Assembly: GCA_963705905.1 (NCBI GenBank)
Contig: OY970123.1
Coordinates: forward strand, 134,919-198,918
DNA: 64,000 nt
Reading direction: 5' to 3'
Source of the DNA: an uncultured Chloroflexia bacterium
GTDB lineage: Bacteria; Chloroflexota; Dehalococcoidia; GIF9; UBA5629
Part shown: one piece after another, positions 8,976-19,265 of the stretch
Layout of the letters: each line of letters starts with the position of its first letter
Numbering within the stretch: the stretch's first letter is position 1
Notes under the pieces: generated by a model
The model's input: the letters and a program-made list of their open reading frames with translations, nothing else
Told to the model about the DNA's origin: nothing
The model's database searches: none
Position numbers and translations under genes: made by a program

Positions 8976-10904
8976 ATGTTTAAGGTATTCGGCCTTTTAT
9001 TGATATTGGTACTGGCTTTCTGCGTGTCCTTCATACCCCATATTGGCTATGCCTATCCCCTGCATGTGGATGAGTGGATGCATATGACGTATGCGGAAAC
9101 TATTGCGCAGACCGGCTCCATCACCTTTCCCGACCCCTTTACGGGGCTCACCAATATAAACCTGGGGGACAACCTCTGGGTAGGGTTCCACATACTCTGG
9201 GCCATGTTCCAGCAGGTCAGCGGAATTGACTGGATAACCCTCTTCAGGTACTTCCCCTCAATCATCTTCATGATCACAGTTCTGGCTGTATATGTGTTAG
9301 CCTCTCGCCAGGGCTATGGATTGGAGGCTGCCTTCTTTACCTGTCTGATACCGACCACGGGAGGGCTGCTGGGGCCGGCTTTCATGGTGCCTATGGCGCT
9401 TGGCATGCTCTTTATCCCTCTATCTCTGTTTCTCGCCTTCAATATTAAGAGGTGGCCGTCCTATCTTCTGATATTTCTATTTACCTGTTTCCTCCTCATA
9501 TCGCACGCAACAACTGCCGTAGTATTGTGCATAGTTCTCGCTCCCTGCATCCTGCTGAATATCAGGGATAATAAGTGGCACAGCGCCGGCGTGCTGGCCG
9601 CCCTGGCACTGCCCTTCGTCCTGTCCCTGCCCTGGACATTCCAGATAGCTGCGCAGGCTGCGGGCCGGTTACTGGTGCCCCAGTACTTCTCACCCTATAT
9701 TGAGCTGCCTGACCTTGCTTGGAAGTATGGCTTATTGCCTATCGCTTTCAGCTTCATCGGGCTCATTATTTTAATCATAAAGGGCAGCAAAAAAGGCCTG
9801 GCCCTGATATTGGGGCTGGCTTTGCTTTTGGTTGTCATGGTGATCTTTTACAGGTTTCATCACGGCCTATCCACAATATACGAACGTGGCCTTACAGTTA
9901 TGCTTCTGATTTTGAGTATTCTGGCCGGTGCGGGATTGATGTGGTTGAGGGGGCTGACGCTGCCCTCAGATTTTCTGAGCAGGCATGGGTCTTCTCTTTT
10001 CCGAAGCGTAGCTATGGTATTTTGCGTGTTGCTGATAGTCGTGATGTTAGGTGTGGCCATTCCTACCCGTGTCAATGCGTCGTTCTATCACATGATTGAT
10101 GACGAAGATTACCGGGCATTCACTTGGATTAAAGATAATATAGGTCAAGATTATAGAACGGCCACATTGGACCCGTGGAAAGCCACGGCATTTTCCGCAT
10201 TAACCGGCAAAAATGCCGTGCATAGGATATGGATTTATCAGGAACCAGCTGATGATCTAATTTATAAATTCCTGGAACATGGCTGCGGGAGCTCTACCTT
10301 TCTGACCGTTAACAAGGTTTCTTTTATTTATAATCTTGCACCTTGCGTTAACCCTGATCTCGCAATGGTTAGATCCGATATTTATATTAGCAACCCAAAT
10401 ATTTCCAACTCGTTTGCCAAGGATACAACTCTGTTTAAAAATCCCGGCTTTGAGCAGGTCACCGATAACCCACCTGGTTACTGGTATACTTCGTCAAGAA
10501 ACTGCGTTCCTGCCTTTTTATATCCCGAACCCGGCAGAAATAATGGGTGGAGTGTCGGTATTGAGGTACCAAAAGCGCCATCGACAGGGACGGCATCGGA
10601 CGCAATTTGGCTTCAGAACGTACCCGTGCAGCAAGGTAGGTCTTATACTATAGGAGGATGGGTAAAAACGTATAACGTAGAAGGACAGAATGGGGTCATG
10701 ATCATGCCCGGATGGCAGGGTCCGGGCTATCAATGGATTAGTGCCACGGAATTTATGCCGTATCTTAAAGGGACAAATGATTGGTCGTACTATCAGGGTA
10801 TTGTCACAGCTCCGCCTGGCGCGACGATTTGCAGCATTTATTGCTTATTGAGTAATTGTTCGGGGCAAGCCTGGTTTGATGACCTTATTTTTGATTCTAA
10901 ATAA
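8976..10904 (+). CDS. Polytopic membrane glycosyltransferase (GT-C-like, OTase/PMT/ArnT-type) fused to a C-terminal carbohydrate-binding beta-sandwich domain
   Basis: About 12 predicted TM helices. An acidic first-loop motif (HVDEWMH) resembles GT-C catalytic loops. The C-terminal ~150 aa (MPGWQGPGYQWISATEFMPYLKGTNDWSYYQG...AWFDDLIF) is shared with the protein at 11348..13057. Confidence 0.6.
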   Translation: MFKVFGLLLILVLAFCVSFIPHIGYAYPLHVDEWMHMTYAETIAQTGSITFPDPFTGLTNINLGDNLWVGFHILWAMFQQVSGIDWITLFRYFPSIIFMITVLAVYVLASRQGYGLEAAFFTCLIPTTGGLLGPAFMVPMALGMLFIPLSLFLAFNIKRWPSYLLIFLFTCFLLISHATTAVVLCIVLAPCILLNIRDNKWHSAGVLAALALPFVLSLPWTFQIAAQAAGRLLVPQYFSPYIELPDLAWKYGLLPIAFSFIGLIILIIKGSKKGLALILGLALLLVVMVIFYRFHHGLSTIYERGLTVMLLILSILAGAGLMWLRGLTLPSDFLSRHGSSLFRSVAMVFCVLLIVVMLGVAIPTRVNASFYHMIDDEDYRAFTWIKDNIGQDYRTATLDPWKATAFSALTGKNAVHRIWIYQEPADDLIYKFLEHGCGSSTFLTVNKVSFIYNLAPCVNPDLAMVRSDIYISNPNISNSFAKDTTLFKNPGFEQVTDNPPGYWYTSSRNCVPAFLYPEPGRNNGWSVGIEVPKAPSTGTASDAIWLQNVPVQQGRSYTIGGWVKTYNVEGQNGVMIMPGWQGPGYQWISATEFMPYLKGTNDWSYYQGIVTAPPGATICSIYCLLSNCSGQAWFDDLIFDSK

Positions 10905-10928
10905 CATCGGAGCTAGCAATAATTAGTA

Positions 10929-11246
10929 TCAATTTAGCACAGGCATTAATGGAATTTCCGATATATCTTGACTGAACCTTACATCATCCCAGTTAGCTAC
11001 CATTTTATTGTCGAGATATGGATTATTTTTGATTACCTTTTCATAAGATATGCTGGCTAACGGATACCATTTCTGGTCCAGTACGAATGTTTTTTTATCC
11101 GTAATTCCATTGACAGTTATATGGAAGTTGACCTCGCCATCCTTGAATGCCGGTTTTCCTTCGGGAAGAAGCGAGCGAAATAGATGGAATATGGCCTTAT
11201 GCAAGGTCGCATTCCATTCATTCAGCCATGTAGTTGGACTATGCAT
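10929..11246 (-). CDS. Hypothetical small protein
   Basis: 105-aa ORF between convergent genes. No recognisable motifs. Confidence 0.25.
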   Translation of the reverse strand: MHSPTTWLNEWNATLHKAIFHLFRSLLPEGKPAFKDGEVNFHITVNGITDKKTFVLDQKWYPLASISYEKVIKNNPYLDNKMVANWDDVRFSQDISEIPLMPVLN

Positions 11247-11347
11247 TTTGAAAATTCCTGCAATTCAAAATATATATTCAGATCAAGTATTGCACAGACA
11301 ACTGCCCGGTTTAATGCCCATTAGGCCAGGAATACTTACCAATTTGG

Positions 11348-13057
11348 TTATTTCTCTCCTGATGCAAGTATGACATTGCTGGCTGTAGTATTAGACATTG
11401 CAGTCCGCTGATCGCCGATATATCCGGCGACTGCCACAAATTGTTTTTTAGGCGTACCGTCGGCATTAAAGAAGGACCATTGGTCATATTTCCCGCAATA
11501 TACTTCAAATAATGTCACTATACTGGCGCCATGCTTGAAAGCGGCATCTATGTAATCTGGTGTGAAATTCGAATTGTACATAGACGAATCATTGCCTATT
11601 TCCAGCGCCCACCAGCCGGTTGACCGGTAACCGTTCTGTCCTAACCAGGATGTTAGAACATCCAAATTCTTGTTCATCTGTTCAACTGATGGTGCATAAC
11701 AATCAAAGACAGGATTGTCCGTCCTATCAAGACACACCTTTTTCAGCGGTATTTGGTAATCTAATCCACCTAGAGGGGCACCCAGCTTGTGTACTATGGG
11801 GATATTACTTTTAGTGCGGAGCACTCCAATGAGAAAATCCATGTAATTGGCGGCTGCCTCTATAGTATATGTTTGAGGTTTTGCATCGGGAGAATCCGGA
11901 TCTACGACTTTACCCTGTAGCGGAGTGTCAAGTTCATTCTCTGCTACAACAGAAACAACGTTTGAATATTTATTAACGACCGATATCCATCTCTCTGCCC
12001 ATGCCCCCATCGTATCGGCAACCGGATATTGCGCTTCACCAAAACCTATGTCTTCGAACCATGCAGTTCCCGTACAGCTATCGAGAAAACAACATATTGT
12101 GCATCTGGTCGATCCTGCGGGTGCGACAACAGTTCCTTGGTAGTATGTCCAGCCATTTGTCCCCGTAACATACTTCATAACCTGAGAGGACCCTATCCAT
12201 GTATCACCAGGACCCTTCCACCACGGTACGATCATAGCACCACCGTTGCCAACTATGCTCTCCGTTTTAATCCATCCTGATATAAGGTACGATTTACCTG
12301 CTTCAACAGGTATATCTTTAAGCCATCTGGACCACACGTCCGGTTTGTTTTCAGACATTCTTATGCCTACGCAAGGGTTTCCATCTCTTCCCATCTCGCC
12401 AGGGAGGAAAGTAGGGGTGCAATTCTTTGAATCTGGCCACCATAGACTCCATTGGAAATCAGGATTTACCAAATTTTCAAAACCGGGCTGCCATTTCCCA
12501 TAGATGCCGGGTATCACCAGCATCTTGTGCTGGTATAGTAAATCCAGCAAGGTCTTGTAGGCAGTTGCTTCTTCCGGGCAACTGGATGGGAAATTCGTTT
12601 CTTTGGATATTGAAGGCAGCCACCAGTAAATATATTGCATCTGAAGGTGTACAACCCGTATTCCGGCTGCTTGTGCATACGTCAATATCTTGTCATAAAC
12701 CGCTAAATTTTCAGGGAGCCAAAACTGACCGCCTTCACCAAATGGCATATCGTAAAGGCTCAGATCTATGCCCACGAGTTGTTTTTGTTCTCCATCTAAA
12801 ATGAAATACCCATCCCTGCCTATTTGAACGTGTTCAGTACTGCCGTCGGCCCAGGTGATAGCTTTATCCAGCAGATAAGCGTTCTGCGAAGCAGGTTCTA
12901 TGGGTTGCGCCGGAGCAGCTTTAACAATGGAAGGGGCAGAGAATTGACATAATATGATTAGGCTAAAAACAAACGAAAGATACAGCCTTAAGTTCGCCTT
13001 TATGAGCCGGCCCAAATCTAACCGGCCCGGACGTCTACCTGCTAAGGGATGGTTCAC
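11348..13057 (-). CDS. Secreted GH-like protein with inserted CBM-like beta-sandwich domain
   Basis: Hydrophobic signal-like N-terminus. Core is homologous to 1839..3047. Internal domain (IVPWWKGPGDTWIGSSQVMKYVTGTNGWTYYQG...AWFEDIGF) is homologous to the C-terminus of 8976..10904. Apparent GTG start at 13057, preceded by a GGGAGA RBS. Confidence 0.6.
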   Translation of the reverse strand: MNHPLAGRRPGRLDLGRLIKANLRLYLSFVFSLIILCQFSAPSIVKAAPAQPIEPASQNAYLLDKAITWADGSTEHVQIGRDGYFILDGEQKQLVGIDLSLYDMPFGEGGQFWLPENLAVYDKILTYAQAAGIRVVHLQMQYIYWWLPSISKETNFPSSCPEEATAYKTLLDLLYQHKMLVIPGIYGKWQPGFENLVNPDFQWSLWWPDSKNCTPTFLPGEMGRDGNPCVGIRMSENKPDVWSRWLKDIPVEAGKSYLISGWIKTESIVGNGGAMIVPWWKGPGDTWIGSSQVMKYVTGTNGWTYYQGTVVAPAGSTRCTICCFLDSCTGTAWFEDIGFGEAQYPVADTMGAWAERWISVVNKYSNVVSVVAENELDTPLQGKVVDPDSPDAKPQTYTIEAAANYMDFLIGVLRTKSNIPIVHKLGAPLGGLDYQIPLKKVCLDRTDNPVFDCYAPSVEQMNKNLDVLTSWLGQNGYRSTGWWALEIGNDSSMYNSNFTPDYIDAAFKHGASIVTLFEVYCGKYDQWSFFNADGTPKKQFVAVAGYIGDQRTAMSNTTASNVILASGEK

Positions 13058-13118
13058 GGGTTTTCTCCCTGTTCAAAACCTCCGCCAGCGAAGCCTGCCA
13101 AAGCCCTGGCGGATTTCA
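13055..13118. repeat. Leader repeat copy A: ~64 bp, inverted relative to copy B at 26875..26936
   Basis: cacgggttttctccctgt...tccgccagcgaagcctgccaaagccctggcgga matches the reverse complement of 26875..26936. Contains an 8-bp stem hairpin (tccgccag/ctggcgga). Confidence 0.75.
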
Positions 13119-13381
13119 ATATAAAGGTCCTTTGCTTATCGACCCGTGAACAATATATATCTGATCGTGATTGAGATAAATAGAGACTTAGTCCTTTTCC
13201 TTATAGCCCAAAAGTACTTTTACACTAAAGTACTAGGATGGGGATAGTATTAAAGTCCTGGAGTTTATAGATCTATTTAGTACAAAAGTACTGGTCGAAT
13301 ACGATGATTAAGAAGAAAGCACCACTTACGAAAACTCGTGGAGTATATCGGTTGGAAGAGGCAAATCAAATAAGAAGTCTT

Positions 13382-14827
13382 TTATTCTTGCTTTTCTCTA
13401 TTTATATCGATTAAAGACTTGAATGTTTTGAGGTCTTCTTCCGTGATACCTCGAAGCAGATAAAAACTCAGGCAATATATTACTATGCCGATGAAAATTA
13501 AAAGGATAATGTGAAGATATCCAAAGTAGAAAATGAAAAGGCCCATAACGGCACTTGCTATTATTGGCTTTATAAAAGAATTGGCAAGCGCTTTTATCTC
13601 AATGTTTTGGCCGACCATATAGCAGGAAATTAATACGCATATCAGCTGAGTGACTAATGCAGATATAGCGGCCCCTGTAAGGCTAAATTGAGGTATGAGT
13701 ACAAAACTTAATACAGTGTTCATTCCAGCTCCAATGGCGAGCAAAAGTGTAGCCCTCTTTTGTTTGCGTGTAGCCTCAAGAATGCCTACATAAAGAATGT
13801 TTAAAAACAGTAATATTCCTGCCCAGATGAGCAATTGTAGAGAACCGATAGAGTTGCTAAATTGAGAGCCAAAAATAAAAGGAATTATTTTGCCTGCCAA
13901 GAGAGTAACTCCTGTTGCCATCGGAATTAGCAGGACCAATGAATACCTCACTGCTCTTTCGACCAGGGTTCTATATAATTCTTTGGTAAACACAAAAGCA
14001 TGTGCAACAGAAGGAAATAGAGCACGGCCAAAACCTGTGATTATAACAGATAGGGGAATGACTGCCAGAGTATAAGCTGCCGTATACCATCCCACCACTA
14101 TGTCGCCTTTGAGAAAGGCAAGTATAACTGTATCTATTCGAAAGTAAACCTGAACTAGTAGCCCATTTAGTGCAAAAGGAACGGTAGTTACAAGCAAGTA
14201 TTTCCATAAGCTCTCCGCCAGTTTAATACGTGGACGTGTGAACTTAGTGATGACAATGGCCAGGCCGACCGCGAATATCAGTAATTGAGCCGCGCTATAA
14301 ACCCAGACTACTTGCACAAGGTCATAGCCGGAGTATAAGACAAAAAAGCCCACGCCGAGCAGAAAACAAGTGCCGGCTACTGTAGGTACTATATCCCATT
14401 CCATTTTCTCAAAAGCACGGAAAATGGCTCTGCACAGATAAACAAATGATGTTGCGATTGTGCCAAGTGCAACAATATATACCACTGTCCTTGCATCTTG
14501 GGCATTTTGCGAAAGATTGATGGTCAGCATGACCAGGAAAAACATAAAAATGGAGCCGATTACTTGAAGCACGAGAGCATTGCCGAAATACTTCCCGGCT
14601 ACTGACTTATCCAGCACCACATCTCTGGTAACTACAGCCTCCAATCCGAGACTGGAAAAAATCCCAAAAAGGCTGGTAAAAGCAATAGCGAAAGAATATT
14701 TGCCGAATTCAGCGTCGCCAAGGTAGCGGGCAATTAATACGTTAAAAACAAAAAGTGAAGCAGCGAACAGGGCCTGGCTTGATACCATAGAAACAATGTT
14801 TTTAATGATACGCTGGTGTAGATTCAT
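13382..14827 (-). CDS. wzx: Polysaccharide biosynthesis flippase (Wzx, MOP/MATE superfamily)
   Basis: 481 aa, ~12-14 TM helices. Typical oligosaccharide flippase architecture. Confidence 0.75.
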   Translation of the reverse strand: MNLHQRIIKNIVSMVSSQALFAASLFVFNVLIARYLGDAEFGKYSFAIAFTSLFGIFSSLGLEAVVTRDVVLDKSVAGKYFGNALVLQVIGSIFMFFLVMLTINLSQNAQDARTVVYIVALGTIATSFVYLCRAIFRAFEKMEWDIVPTVAGTCFLLGVGFFVLYSGYDLVQVVWVYSAAQLLIFAVGLAIVITKFTRPRIKLAESLWKYLLVTTVPFALNGLLVQVYFRIDTVILAFLKGDIVVGWYTAAYTLAVIPLSVIITGFGRALFPSVAHAFVFTKELYRTLVERAVRYSLVLLIPMATGVTLLAGKIIPFIFGSQFSNSIGSLQLLIWAGILLFLNILYVGILEATRKQKRATLLLAIGAGMNTVLSFVLIPQFSLTGAAISALVTQLICVLISCYMVGQNIEIKALANSFIKPIIASAVMGLFIFYFGYLHIILLIFIGIVIYCLSFYLLRGITEEDLKTFKSLIDINREKQE

Positions 14828-14886
14828 ATTTTACAGACTAAATAACAGATTATTGGCCCTGCCACGGCTGTTCTACCTGTCTTATC

Positions 14887-17151
14887 TTAGGGCATAACGA
14901 ATAACTCACTCTCATTGTTTGAATATATTCTATCTGTCTTTTCTAACAATGGATTTAGTTCTTGTATATTGAAAGTTTCCACCTTAAGGAAAGTAGGCGG
15001 AATTACCATAGTTCCTACGCCATCTACCACATTTATATACCCTAGATAGACATATTCACCACGTCCAATATTTTGTGTATTTTTATTGAGTGGGATTATT
15101 TTCCATTGTGGTACCATTCCATAACCCGCCAGCACATGTACGTTTGCCCCTTCCACAAAAGTGGCGTAGACCTTGGGACCATCGAGCCAAGATCTGTTGG
15201 CTGAAAGCCACTTGGCACTGTAAACTTCTTCCTCCGGTGTAGAATTATTATAAAAATATGCTTTCTCTTCAATGGTCCCATGCTCTTTAATCGATTGTTG
15301 AAGGAGAGATCCCATAAATGTATAATCTCTGGTTATTTCATGTACGAACCCGGAGTTGAATATCAAGAATACTCCCAGGAAAATGGCCATTGTTTTAAGT
15401 GCAACTCCTGTGGCGGATCGGTATCTCCGAAGAAAAAAATTGACTATGATTATAAGACCGGTAATACAAAATGGAGCCAAAAAGACCAGGCTAAGATGAT
15501 AAATTCTTTCAGTATTAATGGTTTTAGCTAGATACGGAATCGGTATAGCAATCGCAGCCATGATAAAACTGGCTACAGCAAGAGACGCAAATTCCTCAGT
15601 AAATATCTTTTTTCTCCACTCAAACAATAGATAGAGAGTTCCTACCGAAATAAGAAATATTGTAAATAGGTTAAGATATTTGACAATTTCATGTGCAGGT
15701 GATCCCACTGTCGCCATAAGCCAAAGTGCTTGTGAAGCCGTTAGGCTCATGAATTCGACTACGAAGGTATTTGCAATATGGTCGCCCAGTCTTATCACGT
15801 CAACAAAAACTGAGGATCCGGCGTTCCATATATACCAGGTGAACCAGAGAATGATGTAGAACGCTACGAAAGTTATATTTATTACCTTGTTTCTTTCTAT
15901 TGGAATTGACTTAGTGGTTTGGCTCCTTCTAGGGATTAATTCATTGGTATTTTCCGACTCATTTGGTGAGCCCCGAGATAGTGTCTTTCGACTGAGAAAT
16001 AAAATAAGTAATGCAGCTAAAAGTAAGAATAAGAAAATGAAGGATATCGAATAATGTGAAAAGATTAGTGCAGCACCAAAAATAATACATAGAATGCTGA
16101 TTATCACAGGATTATTTGGTTTGCTTACGATTACAAGTATTATTAGCACCAGAAAAACTTCCGCCACCTCCTGCCTACCCAACGAAATTAACACAATAAA
16201 AAATGTGAAAACTGACATGAAGAAAAAGGCCGCTAGAAAAGAAATTTTACTATCAATTTGCCTGCTGCATATCTGGTAAATTCCTAGCGGGACGAGTGAG
16301 AGAAAGAACAGATAAATAAGCTTGAAGACCCATGTAGGCTCTAAGTTACAGATGATAGAATATACTGGCGCTAGGATTACTACACTTATTACAGAATTAT
16401 AGTTATGAACGATTGTAGTATTCCATAGCGAATTGGCAATAACAAGGTTATCAAAAAAATATTCGGTATTAACGTCGGCACCAGTCAGATAGTTTGATGT
16501 GAGAGCCTGACCATAGACCAGGGCCAATGCAACGGTTATCACCGCCAGTGGATAGAATCTCTGTGGAATGAATTTAGTGAATATAATTATGACAGGAACC
16601 AAGGCAACTAAAAGAACTGAAGCGAGAAGCAAAATATTATTGCTATAAATGTTGACTATTCGGGCGCCTAAAATGCTAATTAGTGGAAGTAAGGATAGAA
16701 ATAAAACCGGTGGAGTAAGTAGTTGTGTCCAATGAAAATGTCCTGGAGTGGAAAACATTTTATCTCTTCTATAGGCTATATAACAGAGGAGTATTAATAC
16801 CGCAAGGAGAGTTATTACCAAAGGCCAGATTGATATGGGCTTGGAAATTCCTATAAATGGGTAGATTGAATTAATCAGAAGCCCCAAAAACATGGTGAAG
16901 GCGAGACTTAATCCGACTGAATAAAGTAATGTTTCTGCCAAACCCAATCGGTGAAGCCTGAGTATTCGGAGAATGATTAGCCCCGGAATAAAACTGAGAA
17001 AAACAAATGCGACTATTTGTCTTAGAATAGGAATGTCATATCCCAAAGCTCCTAATATTGCCAGGATAAGTACGATAAGAAGGATGGCAAAAATAGTTTT
17101 TAGGAACTTTCCAATCGCCCAGTCATTGATTGCCAATGGATTATTGGTCAT
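14887..17151 (-). CDS. Large polytopic membrane protein (754 aa), putative glycan polymerase/ligase or second GT-C-like enzyme
   Basis: At least 15 hydrophobic helices plus a ~170-aa C-terminal soluble domain. Very AT-rich coding sequence. Sits in the glycan island. Confidence 0.5.
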   Translation of the reverse strand: MTNNPLAINDWAIGKFLKTIFAILLIVLILAILGALGYDIPILRQIVAFVFLSFIPGLIILRILRLHRLGLAETLLYSVGLSLAFTMFLGLLINSIYPFIGISKPISIWPLVITLLAVLILLCYIAYRRDKMFSTPGHFHWTQLLTPPVLFLSLLPLISILGARIVNIYSNNILLLASVLLVALVPVIIIFTKFIPQRFYPLAVITVALALVYGQALTSNYLTGADVNTEYFFDNLVIANSLWNTTIVHNYNSVISVVILAPVYSIICNLEPTWVFKLIYLFFLSLVPLGIYQICSRQIDSKISFLAAFFFMSVFTFFIVLISLGRQEVAEVFLVLIILVIVSKPNNPVIISILCIIFGAALIFSHYSISFIFLFLLLAALLILFLSRKTLSRGSPNESENTNELIPRRSQTTKSIPIERNKVINITFVAFYIILWFTWYIWNAGSSVFVDVIRLGDHIANTFVVEFMSLTASQALWLMATVGSPAHEIVKYLNLFTIFLISVGTLYLLFEWRKKIFTEEFASLAVASFIMAAIAIPIPYLAKTINTERIYHLSLVFLAPFCITGLIIIVNFFLRRYRSATGVALKTMAIFLGVFLIFNSGFVHEITRDYTFMGSLLQQSIKEHGTIEEKAYFYNNSTPEEEVYSAKWLSANRSWLDGPKVYATFVEGANVHVLAGYGMVPQWKIIPLNKNTQNIGRGEYVYLGYINVVDGVGTMVIPPTFLKVETFNIQELNPLLEKTDRIYSNNESELFVMP

Positions 17152-17246
17152 CCAAAAAACCTTGTTCTTTCACGTACTAATCATCGGTCGGATAATGTCC
17201 AAAGTTTGAACACTAGAATTAACATTATCACTTGGTTCGTTTGACC

Positions 17247-18371
17247 TTATATGACCTGTTCATAAATCCTCTCATAATCATCTGCTACCCTATCCCAAGT
17301 TCTTATCCTGGTGCTAAACGGGCCCACTATTGTCTCACTATCGCGAATCTTGACTATCAAGTTAGCCAATTCCCCAGGCACCGGCGGATAATCTATACCA
17401 AAACACCCTGGCTCCGTTAAAAATTCATTTAGGGACGTAGTTTTAGTGACAATACATGGTGTTCCAGCTGCTAATGCTTCCGTCACCATAACACCGTAGG
17501 CTTCTGCCCTTGACAGAAGCAATACTATATCCGCCTCCATTAATTTGCGATGCAGTTCGTGCCGAGGCAGTGGTTTGTGCCAGAAAACATCGCCTTCGAT
17601 TCCTAATTTACAAGCTAGTCTCCGGAGTTTTGGCTCATAGTCCCCTTTTCCGACTATAGTTAAACATGCTTCTCTTCCTCGACGCTTTAGCTCTTTAAGT
17701 GCCAGAATTATATGATGAACTCCCTTTTTTTCCATTAAGACGCCGGCATACAGCAAGGAAATTGAACTTGCCTTCCCTTTCAACACTCCGCGATCCTGCG
17801 CCATCAGGTAATCCACTCCAGGCGTAATTATTTTTATTTTATTGGATTGCACATTGAAATCCTGCATAAGCACCATTTTTGTATAATCAGAATGGATTAC
17901 AATCATTTCGGCCCAATCAAATAACTTCTTACCAATTGGTTTATAGTAATCCAGTAAATATTTACCAGCCAGTGTATTATATTCTTGCCGTGAATAATGC
18001 GCAGAAAAAATAAAAGGTAGATGCTTATTTCGGACTATATATGCCACTGCAGGAGTTAGGAGCCTTCGATATTCATGAAGGTGTATGATATCTGGTTTAA
18101 GAGACCCACCTAAATTCCTTTGTAAGAATTGTGCCATTTCAGGACTAAATTGATAAAGATGCTTGCTTATAGGCGATTTAATCCTAATCACATTGATTCC
18201 ATTTATATTCTCTTCATGCGGTAGATTTCCGGGGTTAATGTTTAGTACCTGGCATTCGTGACCGCGTTTAACTAGTTCTTCCGCCACTCTCTTAATGGAA
18301 TAATTTACACCGCCGATGTCAGTTATTTCTGTGCTACTTACCGTGAGGATTTTCATTATTTTAATTTTCAA
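17247..18371 (-). CDS. Glycosyltransferase family 4
   Basis: MKILTVSS...RGHECQV N-terminal GT-B domain. C-terminal EAYGVMVTEALAAGTPCIV motif. Confidence 0.8.
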   Translation of the reverse strand: MKIKIMKILTVSSTEITDIGGVNYSIKRVAEELVKRGHECQVLNINPGNLPHEENINGINVIRIKSPISKHLYQFSPEMAQFLQRNLGGSLKPDIIHLHEYRRLLTPAVAYIVRNKHLPFIFSAHYSRQEYNTLAGKYLLDYYKPIGKKLFDWAEMIVIHSDYTKMVLMQDFNVQSNKIKIITPGVDYLMAQDRGVLKGKASSISLLYAGVLMEKKGVHHIILALKELKRRGREACLTIVGKGDYEPKLRRLACKLGIEGDVFWHKPLPRHELHRKLMEADIVLLLSRAEAYGVMVTEALAAGTPCIVTKTTSLNEFLTEPGCFGIDYPPVPGELANLIVKIRDSETIVGPFSTRIRTWDRVADDYERIYEQVI

Positions 18372-18404
18372 TAGATGAGAAATCTTTTTTATATAAATGG
18401 AAAG

Positions 18405-19265
18405 TCAGGATTTACCGATCAACAATATGTCTTGATACGATAAGCCATCGCGTCTTCCTGACCAAGTCCCATATTTTATTGATTCTCCAGGCACAAGGCG
18501 CAGACCGTTTTGGGATAATAACCGTAATATATAATCTTCGCTGTAAGCTACAGCCACTTCAGGGCGCGTCTTATATTGATATCGCCAAATATCATCCCCA
18601 AAATTAAAGTCAATTTTATTCAAACCATTAGATTGTTGTTTATTCTGCTCTTGGTTAAGCAGGAAAAAAGTGGCAACACATCTTCCTTTATTTGATAGTA
18701 AACGTCGTATCTCTTTCAAATAACTATCAACTTCGCTCGGTCGCATGTGCGTAAAAACTGATTTAAGAAGTATTATATCAAAAGCCCCCTTTTCGAATGG
18801 AAAAGTGAATTCTTCGGCTGCATACTTTCCATTAGGATTGTATGCTCTATTTTTTACATTAATATGGGCGAAAGTAAAATTTTGATAGTTACTACTTATT
18901 TTCTTTTGACACCACAATATCGAGTCTCGATGAATATCCACACCAACATACTTCCCATCTTTATCTAAATAGTCGATTAATTCGAGCGCCATTAGGCCGG
19001 GCCCGCATCCGATATCCAATATCTGTTCATTTGGGAGAAGATGGCACATCAACTTTAGATAGCCGGTAAATTCTGCTCCTGAATGTCGGAAGCTATCTAA
19101 TGGACCGGCATACCTTCTCAAGAGTAATGGCGGGAGCTTGTGCTCACCATTGATAATCCGCGAAAGGTAATCAATTGGTTCGGCTGCAATAAGTGCAGCG
19201 GACCTCAGGGCTATGCCAATTTTAAGTAAACCATGTGGCATTTTTTGTAGCGATAATTGTTTCAT
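18405..19265 (-). CDS. Class I SAM-dependent methyltransferase
   Basis: ILDIGCGPGLMALEL motif I, 286 aa. Located inside the glycan cluster. Confidence 0.75.
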   Translation of the reverse strand: MKQLSLQKMPHGLLKIGIALRSAALIAAEPIDYLSRIINGEHKLPPLLLRRYAGPLDSFRHSGAEFTGYLKLMCHLLPNEQILDIGCGPGLMALELIDYLDKDGKYVGVDIHRDSILWCQKKISSNYQNFTFAHINVKNRAYNPNGKYAAEEFTFPFEKGAFDIILLKSVFTHMRPSEVDSYLKEIRRLLSNKGRCVATFFLLNQEQNKQQSNGLNKIDFNFGDDIWRYQYKTRPEVAVAYSEDYILRLLSQNGLRLVPGESIKYGTWSGRRDGLSYQDILLIGKS

